Source: Candidatus Kapaibacterium sp. (lineage in GTDB: Bacteria > Bacteroidota > Ignavibacteria > Palsa-1295). From it: DNA of 64,000 nt. Of the stretch, positions 58,134-64,000 are shown piece after piece. The first letter of the stretch is position 1. Each line of letters begins with the position of its first letter. The stretch is taken from NCBI GenBank assembly GCA_017882165.1, contig JADGPZ010000002.1, positions 14,142 through 78,141 of the forward strand. Reading direction: 5' to 3'. A model generated the notes under the pieces. That model saw only the letters and a program-made list of their open reading frames with translations. It ran no database searches and was not told where the DNA came from. Made by a program: the position numbers and the translations under genes.

Positions 58134-59375
58134 CTACTTTGCTACTCGCTCGGCTGCGCACTTTGCAAGGTATGCCGTTCGGTCCAGCTTATGCCCGCGC
58201 TTCCACACCGCGACGATGTTCCGTGTGGCGGTGATCGTAGTCGTTGCGTCACCACTCACGAGCAGCAGATCGGCGCGAAAGCCGACATGAATGTGCCCGC
58301 GATCGCGGAGATGAAACGCATCGGCAACAAAACCTGTCGCGGCGGCCAGCGCGTGGACTGGTGTCAGCCCGGCGTTCGTCAGCAATTCCATCTCGCGGTG
58401 CATGCTTACTCCAAACGCGGTTCCAGGATTGGGCGCGTCCGTGCCGGCCAGAATATGAACGTGCGCCTGCTGAAGCTTCTTGGTCGATAGCTCGGCCAGA
58501 GGATAGCTGAGCGCCGCGCCATCCCCGCTGAAACGCAACGCCAGATTTTGCGCGCTCGCCCGAGGCAGATAGGGGATGATGTTCGTGTCGAGCGCGAAGG
58601 CGGCATTGCTGCTTCCGGACTTCCAATAGATCGAGGACAAGCTCGGAACGACGAAGACATTGCGGGCGCGGGCGAGCTTCATCAGAGACGAATCCAACTC
58701 GGCCGGATCGCCGATCAGGCCATCCACTCCGGCTTCGATGCAGACGCGCGCGTCGCAATGAAGGTGAACGACAGCCAGGCGCCCGCGGGTGTGCGCAGCC
58801 GCCACCGTTGCTTCGAGATTCCGTTTGATGATGGATGCTGTGCCACACAAGTAGTCGATATTGACGTAATCCGATCCATGAGCAAGTCTCTCATCGACCG
58901 TATCCGTCATGCTCGTTGGCGTTGCGGGACGAGCTGCGTCACCTCGCACGAGCATGTGGATCGTCCGTCCTGCCCAAAACACGTCCGCATCGGAGGCATC
59001 GTCTTTGGGAAGTTGCCGCGCGGTGTCGCTTCCCATATCGAGCACGGTCGTGACGCCGGCCATGATCGCATCTTCGAGCGCGTGGCCCGAGACATGCGCA
59101 TGCGCATCGATCAGTCCCGGCAGCAGCGTCTTACCAGTGCCGTCGATCGTGTCCGTCCCCGGCGGTGCGGCGAAGTCATGCCCCATCTGTGTGATCTTTT
59201 CACCTTCGACAAGTATGTTCGTCTGCGACAGGAGCGTCAGACCGTCGAAGACGCGAACGTCTTTGAAGAGGGTGGCTGGCTGGGCACTCGCAGTGTGCGC
59301 GAACAGCAGCATTGCGAGAAGGATGAAGGATGAGGGATGAAGGATGAGGGTCTGGAGTGCTGAGCGATGCTTCAT
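58134..59375 (-). CDS. Secreted metal-dependent amidohydrolase (amidohydrolase superfamily)
   Basis: Signal peptide. LPGLIDAHAHV metal-binding HxH motif and downstream H/D ligand pattern. The start is assigned to MKHRSAL immediately after the yebC stop. Confidence 0.65.
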   Translation of the reverse strand: MKHRSALQTLILHPSSFILLAMLLFAHTASAQPATLFKDVRVFDGLTLLSQTNILVEGEKITQMGHDFAAPPGTDTIDGTGKTLLPGLIDAHAHVSGHALEDAIMAGVTTVLDMGSDTARQLPKDDASDADVFWAGRTIHMLVRGDAARPATPTSMTDTVDERLAHGSDYVNIDYLCGTASIIKRNLEATVAAAHTRGRLAVVHLHCDARVCIEAGVDGLIGDPAELDSSLMKLARARNVFVVPSLSSIYWKSGSSNAAFALDTNIIPYLPRASAQNLALRFSGDGAALSYPLAELSTKKLQQAHVHILAGTDAPNPGTAFGVSMHREMELLTNAGLTPVHALAAATGFVADAFHLRDRGHIHVGFRADLLLVSGDATTTITATRNIVAVWKRGHKLDRTAYLAKCAAERVAK

Positions 59376-59400
59376 TCGTAATTCGTCATTCGTCATTCGT
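59321..59400. repeat. Two adjacent heptanucleotide tandem arrays (GGATGAR x4; CATTCGT/AATTCGT x4-5) spanning the yebC stop / amidohydrolase start
   Basis: ggatgaaggatgagggatgaaggatgaggg ... cattcgtaattcgtcattcgtcattcgtaattgc. The minus strand encodes the yebC C-terminus (...AITNDE*) and the amidohydrolase N-terminus (...LILHPSSFIL). Confidence 0.55.
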
Positions 59401-60141
59401 AATTGCTAAAGCCGTTTCATCAATATCCGCATTCGAGAAGACGTTCTGCACGTCGTCGTTGTCTTCGAGTGCTTCGATGAGATGCACCAGCTTCGCCGCA
59501 TCCGATCCGGCAACAGCCACGAGATTCTCCGCAATCATGCTGACCTTCGCCTCTTCGATCGCGATGTTCGCGGTGACCAACGCATCGCGGACTTTGTCGA
59601 AGTCCGAGGGTGCTGTTCGAACCTCGAAAAACTCCGGATCGTCTGTCCGCAGGTCTTCCGCGCCGGCATCGAGGGCGAGTTCGAGCAGACGATCCTCTTC
59701 CAGACCGGCACGCGGCACGACGATCGTCCCGGCCTTCGTAAACATCCAGCTCACCGAGCCGGACTCGCCGAGATTGCCGCCATACTTACTGAGGACATGC
59801 CGGATCTCGCCGATCGTCCGGTTCTTGTTGTCCGTCGCGGTCTCGACAATAATCGCGACTCCGCCCGGACCATAAATCTCATACGCGCCTTCGACGAGCG
59901 CCGCGCCGCCCTCGCCGCCCGCGCCGCGAGCAATGGCCCGCTTGATGTTATCGGCCGGCATCGAGTTTTTTCGCGCCTGCTCGACGGCAAACCTCAGGCG
60001 TGGATTACCCACCGGATCGCCGCCGCCCTCGCGTGCCGCAATCATGATTTCCCGGATAAACCGCGTGAAAAGCCGCCCCCGATTGCGGTCCGTGACTGCT
60101 TTCTTGCGCTTAATTTGTGACCACTTGTTATGTCCGCTCAT
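59386..60141 (-). CDS. yebC: YebC/PmpR family DNA-binding regulatory protein
   Basis: MSGHNKWSQIKRKKAVTDRNRGRLFTRFIREI... is canonical YebC. Confidence 0.85.
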   Translation of the reverse strand: MSGHNKWSQIKRKKAVTDRNRGRLFTRFIREIMIAAREGGGDPVGNPRLRFAVEQARKNSMPADNIKRAIARGAGGEGGAALVEGAYEIYGPGGVAIIVETATDNKNRTIGEIRHVLSKYGGNLGESGSVSWMFTKAGTIVVPRAGLEEDRLLELALDAGAEDLRTDDPEFFEVRTAPSDFDKVRDALVTANIAIEEAKVSMIAENLVAVAGSDAAKLVHLIEALEDNDDVQNVFSNADIDETALAITNDE

Positions 60142-60369
60142 ACTTTTTTGGAAGTGTGGAGTGCTAAGTGCGAAGCGTGGAGTTGTGTTCCATCGTTGCC
60201 GCACATCCCGGTAAGACCACAATACAAAAATACGGGTCGAATCCGCGATGGGCACGCATAAATGCCCTGTCCCAATGCGCAAAAATCGGAACTCAACGAT
60301 TCGACAGCTACTTAAAGGGTCTGTTCGTTCCGGCGAGTATTCAGCCCCAGGCACGCGCTTCAACTGGCT

Positions 60370-62079
60370 GTGGTCCGTGGGCCGACATGTAGTACGACAA
60401 CACCGAGCCGGAAGCATCTTTACCACTACAATTCCTTGAATTCAAACCGTATTCGCCTCTTTCTTCTCAGCCTACTCCTCGCGGTGCTTGCTTTCCCGCT
60501 GAGCGTGCGTGCGCAGGTTACAGGCGAGGCCTTTCAAAACCGGCTCGGTGTTGCCGATACGACAACAGAGAAACTGCTTTCCGGACGCCGGACTGGGGGT
60601 TCTGTCGCCGACGCGCAGCCGCTCGAAGGCAAAATCGATCCGAACACCTATGTGCTTGGTCCGGGCGATGGCGTCTATTTGAATGTCTATGCGATGCACG
60701 CGCTCGATCAGGATCTGACCGTGACGCCCGATGGCAAGCTCCTCATTCCGCGCATCGGCGAGGCTCAGGTTTCGGGACTGACCGTAGCCGATGCGCAGAA
60801 AGCGATCACGAAGCTGCTTGCCCGCGAGTACAAGATGCCGGACGCCTCACTTTCAATGCGTCGCGTTCGGCCGCTGAAGGTTTCGGTTCTCGGGGAGGTA
60901 TTGCAGCCCGGCATTCAGACCGGTACGGCACTCCAACGCGTCAGCGAGGTGATCGACCGCTGCGGCGGATTGCTCAAGACGTCTTCGCTTCGGAATATCG
61001 AAATCCGCTCACCGACCGGAGCCGTGCGCGCGCGCGCCGACTTGATGCGGTACTACGCAATCGGCGATCTGAAATCGAATCCAACCATCGAGGGCGGCGA
61101 TGTGATCGTTGTTCCGACCGTCGCCCATTCCATCACGATCGCAGGCAGTGTAGTGCAGCCGCAGCGGATGGAATTTGCAGATGGCGACTCGCTCTCGACT
61201 GCGATCGCGCTTGCACGCGGCTTGCTTCCGGCAGCGATCACGGACTCGATCGAGCTTGCTCGATTTGGAGAAAACGATCCCTCGCACGCGGCGCGCAGTT
61301 ACATTGACTACCAACGCGGCGAGAACCCATTGTTGCACGATGGCGATCAGATCTTCATTCGCTCGATGACGCAATACCATGTACCGCGATATGTCATTGT
61401 TGGTGGCGAGGTACAGTTTCCTGGCCGATTTGCCATCGAGCCTGGCACGACCCGGCTGAAGGACATGATCCAGCGGGCGGGTGGTGTACTCTCTACGGCT
61501 TCGCTCGAGGAGGCCGTGCTCATCCGCCGTGTGGGTGTGGGCTCATGGGAAAACGATCCCGAATTTATCCACATCCGCGAACTTGCGCCGATGCGAAAAG
61601 AAGGCTTGAGTGACCAGGAGTTGTCTTACTACACCGGACGGCTCGATCAACTCATGCGATCGTCGATGGTCGTGGATTTCAAGGCACTCCTCTTAAATCA
61701 CGACGAATCGCAGAACATCCTCCTGCGCGAGCAGGACTCGATCTATTTTCCCCGCGCGCTCGGATATGTGACGGTCTCGGGAAGCGTCAATCAGCAGGGG
61801 AATGTCGGCTATATTGAAGGGGGCTCCTACGAAGATTACATTGTCAAAGCTGGTGGGTTTGCTTCAAATGCCGACCGGGGGGCGTTACGGGTCGTGAATC
61901 CCAAGACCGGATCGTACATCGACCCTCACTCGTCGCGCGACTATAAGATCGCGCCGGGCGACATGATTATCGTGCCGCAAGAGCGTCCCACATTCTGGAA
62001 GGACTTGCAATCGGCGACGACATTCACAGCGGAGATTCTGACCATTCTCGCCGGCATTCTCATCCTGAGAAAAGGATAA
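60370..62079 (+). CDS. Polysaccharide export outer-membrane protein, Wza/KpsD-like (multiple SLBB domains, C-terminal helix)
   Basis: Signal peptide. Polysaccharide-export motif YVLGPGDGVYLNVY plus repeated SLBB-like segments. C-terminal hydrophobic helix TFTAEILTILAGILIL. The true start may be the in-frame TTG at 60436. Confidence 0.65.
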   Translation: MVRGPTCSTTTPSRKHLYHYNSLNSNRIRLFLLSLLLAVLAFPLSVRAQVTGEAFQNRLGVADTTTEKLLSGRRTGGSVADAQPLEGKIDPNTYVLGPGDGVYLNVYAMHALDQDLTVTPDGKLLIPRIGEAQVSGLTVADAQKAITKLLAREYKMPDASLSMRRVRPLKVSVLGEVLQPGIQTGTALQRVSEVIDRCGGLLKTSSLRNIEIRSPTGAVRARADLMRYYAIGDLKSNPTIEGGDVIVVPTVAHSITIAGSVVQPQRMEFADGDSLSTAIALARGLLPAAITDSIELARFGENDPSHAARSYIDYQRGENPLLHDGDQIFIRSMTQYHVPRYVIVGGEVQFPGRFAIEPGTTRLKDMIQRAGGVLSTASLEEAVLIRRVGVGSWENDPEFIHIRELAPMRKEGLSDQELSYYTGRLDQLMRSSMVVDFKALLLNHDESQNILLREQDSIYFPRALGYVTVSGSVNQQGNVGYIEGGSYEDYIVKAGGFASNADRGALRVVNPKTGSYIDPHSSRDYKIAPGDMIIVPQERPTFWKDLQSATTFTAEILTILAGILILRKG

Positions 62080-62083
62080 ACAC

Positions 62084-63358
62084 ATGCCCCAATCCAAATC
62101 TCAAAACGGTCAGCATTCGAACATCCGCCCGGACTTCTGGCTGCTCATGCTGCGCAGCCGGAAGACGTTACTAATGGGTACACTGCTCGGCGGTCTTCTC
62201 CTCTTCGCCTATGCGAAGCTAACGCCGGAAACCTACGAAGCGACCGCAACGGTGCTGCCACCGGAGCGTTCTGGATCTGGTGGGATGCTCGCATTCCTTG
62301 CCAATAGTTCGTCGGCGCTCGATTTCCTGAAAAGTGCCGGTGGTGCCGAGAATCCAGCGCTCGATCTTTTTAAGACGATCATCGACTCGCGAACGATTGC
62401 CGAAGATGTCGCACGCGACTCCGTCGTCCATTCCTTTTTGATGCGAACCGACACCAGTTGGAAGGGGGTGGTCGGGCGCCTGCAAGGGGGTCTTACGAGC
62501 GAAGCGATGCGAACCGGGATGTTCACCGTGAGCGTGAAGCTCAGGACATCACGGCTTCCATCTGCGCGCGAGCGCGATTCCGTCCGAACCATGTCCGCCT
62601 ATATCGCAAACGCGTATGTTGCGGCGCTCGACCGCTACAACCGCGACCGGCTCATGACGAGCGCGCGCTCCACACGCATTTTCATCGAGAGCGAGTATCA
62701 CTTAAAGCTCGCACAGCTCGACAGCTCCTACGCGCGACTTCAATCGTTTCAGGAGGGGCACAAGGCGATCGCACTGCCGGAGCAACTCTCTGCGACCGTC
62801 TCCGCCGCTGCGAAGCTGACGAGCCAGATCCAGCAGACCGAAATGCAAATGGATGTCGAGGAGCACGAACTCGGCGCCTCCTCGCCACGCATGAAGGCGC
62901 TCGCCGCCCAACTCGAAGCGGCAAAAGCAGAGTTGCAGAAATACGACGACGGCGGGGCCGGGGAGTACATCATCGCGCTTCGGAGTGCCCCGGCTCTTTC
63001 TCGCGAACTCGCAGGCTATCTGCGCGAAACAAAAGTGCTCGAACAAGTCACGGGCTTTTTGCGCCAGCAGTTCGAGGAACAGCGGATCAACGAAGAGCGC
63101 GATCTGCCCTCTCTCCAACTGCTCGACCGCGCTCAGCCTCCGACCGCGCCAACGGCTCCGAACACGAAGTTGCTTGCAATGCTGGGTTTGATCCTTGGCC
63201 TGTTCGGTTCAATCGGATATGTCTGGACGCAGTCCTTCCTGCATGATGTGCGCGAGCGCCCGGAGGCACACTACCGGCTCATCAATTTCCTCCGCACCGC
63301 CCGCTACGGCCGACGCGTGAAGCTGATTGAACCAGCCAAGACAACAGAAAATAATTAG
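62084..63358 (+). CDS. Polysaccharide co-polymerase (Wzz/GumC-like chain-length determinant) without kinase domain
   Basis: N-terminal TM and a Wzz-like periplasmic coiled-coil region. C-terminal TM (LLAMLGLILGLFGSIGYVW). It follows the Wza-like gene with a 4-nt gap. Confidence 0.6.
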   Translation: MPQSKSQNGQHSNIRPDFWLLMLRSRKTLLMGTLLGGLLLFAYAKLTPETYEATATVLPPERSGSGGMLAFLANSSSALDFLKSAGGAENPALDLFKTIIDSRTIAEDVARDSVVHSFLMRTDTSWKGVVGRLQGGLTSEAMRTGMFTVSVKLRTSRLPSARERDSVRTMSAYIANAYVAALDRYNRDRLMTSARSTRIFIESEYHLKLAQLDSSYARLQSFQEGHKAIALPEQLSATVSAAAKLTSQIQQTEMQMDVEEHELGASSPRMKALAAQLEAAKAELQKYDDGGAGEYIIALRSAPALSRELAGYLRETKVLEQVTGFLRQQFEEQRINEERDLPSLQLLDRAQPPTAPTAPNTKLLAMLGLILGLFGSIGYVWTQSFLHDVRERPEAHYRLINFLRTARYGRRVKLIEPAKTTENN

Positions 63359-63445
63359 GAATTAGGAATGAGGACTGAGGATGAAGAAGTGTTTTGGATG
63401 TGTCCAGCCATTCCTCAATCCTAATTCCTCATTCCTAATTTTCCG
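63358..63445. repeat. Heptamer-based (GGAATNA)n inverted repeat / terminator-like hairpin downstream of the wzz-like gene
   Basis: GGAATTAGGAATGAGGACTGAGGATGAAG ... CATTCCTCAATCCTAATTCCTCATTCCTAATT. The arms are largely complementary. Confidence 0.4.
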
Positions 63446-64000
63446 ATGCGCGTTCTCATCATCAACTCCATGTTCGCGAACCGGCTCTACCGCCGGGCGG
63501 CCGATGAGTTGGGTACACTCGGCGGTATCGATCTCACGATGCTCACCGTCGATGCGTGGCGCATGAATGGACGCCCGATGCCATTCGAAGAGTTGCAAGC
63601 TGGATCGCCGTATGCAACGGTTGTCGGCAAGGCCGGCTGGCGCGGATTTGAGAACCGCGGGTTCTACCGCAGCGGCCTGATCCGCGCTTTCCGGCTGGCC
63701 AAGCCGGATGTGCTGTTCCTGATGGAGGAGCCGTTTTCGGTTTTCACCGCAGAAATCTTATTTGTCAAGTCGTTGCTCGCGCCGAACACTCCGGTGGTGT
63801 TCTTCACATGGAATAATCTCTCGCTTACGAAGTTCGACTACCGGCCAGGTCTCTTTTATCGCACGATTGCCCGGTGGGCGCTCCCACGCATGCACTTCGC
63901 TCTCACGGCGAACAACGCTGGCCATCATGTGCTCCGCGAAGCGGGATTCCGAGACCCAATCCGAACCGTCGGCTATGGCGTCGATAGTGAAGTCTATAGC
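63446..64000 (+). CDS. Glycosyltransferase family 4-like (N-terminal domain; 3' partial)
   Basis: GT-B N-terminal domain pattern (MRVLIINSMF...). Context is the EPS export locus. It runs off the end of the window. Confidence 0.55.
   Translation, partial: MRVLIINSMFANRLYRRAADELGTLGGIDLTMLTVDAWRMNGRPMPFEELQAGSPYATVVGKAGWRGFENRGFYRSGLIRAFRLAKPDVLFLMEEPFSVFTAEILFVKSLLAPNTPVVFFTWNNLSLTKFDYRPGLFYRTIARWALPRMHFALTANNAGHHVLREAGFRDPIRTVGYGVDSEVYS

Overview
This window is a high-GC (~60%) bacterial chromosomal segment, almost all housekeeping, with no transposases, integrases, CRISPR arrays or recognisable defense genes. The organism is probably in the FCB group (Chlorobi/Ignavibacteriae/Bacteroidetes-like), inferred from three things. 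The tmRNA tag ends ...YSYAMAA as in Chlorobi, there is a T9SS C-terminal sorting domain, and there is a BshA (bacillithiol) homolog. The core feature is a complete dcw cell-wall/division cluster (mraZ-rsmH-ftsL-ftsI-murE-murF-mraY-murD-ftsW-murG-murC-ftsQ-ftsA-ftsZ, about 26.7-47.4 kb). It is atypical: murB and ddl are absent, and the cluster carries three non-canonical inserted genes. These are a low-GC BamE-like lipoprotein between murD and ftsW, a small 2-TM protein between murG and murC, and a 489-aa repeat-containing protein of unknown function between murC and ftsQ. It also contains several structured palindromic or tandem repeat elements at gene junctions and a GT-C-like membrane protein abutting ftsZ. 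Elsewhere the window has an MFS+TolC efflux pair, a T9SS cargo plus OM beta-barrel pair, a ~520-nt tmRNA, valS carrying an in-frame palindromic mini-insertion, and a gcvT-livG-livF-mgtC operon. It also has a diheme cytochrome c, blc, an ABC-F ATPase, guaB, pyk, tRNA-Val, yigZ, bshA, hemC-hemD, yebC, and the start of a Wza/Wzz/glycosyltransferase exopolysaccharide locus. A dispersed AGTGCTAAG-type palindromic repeat family and several heptanucleotide tandem repeats recur at intergenic junctions. All calls rest on reading the six-frame translations and the DNA directly, and no database search was possible. On the prompt's possibility of a novel system, the strongest candidate is the non-canonical dcw cluster and its inserted genes, and nothing in the window resembles a defense or mobile-element system.
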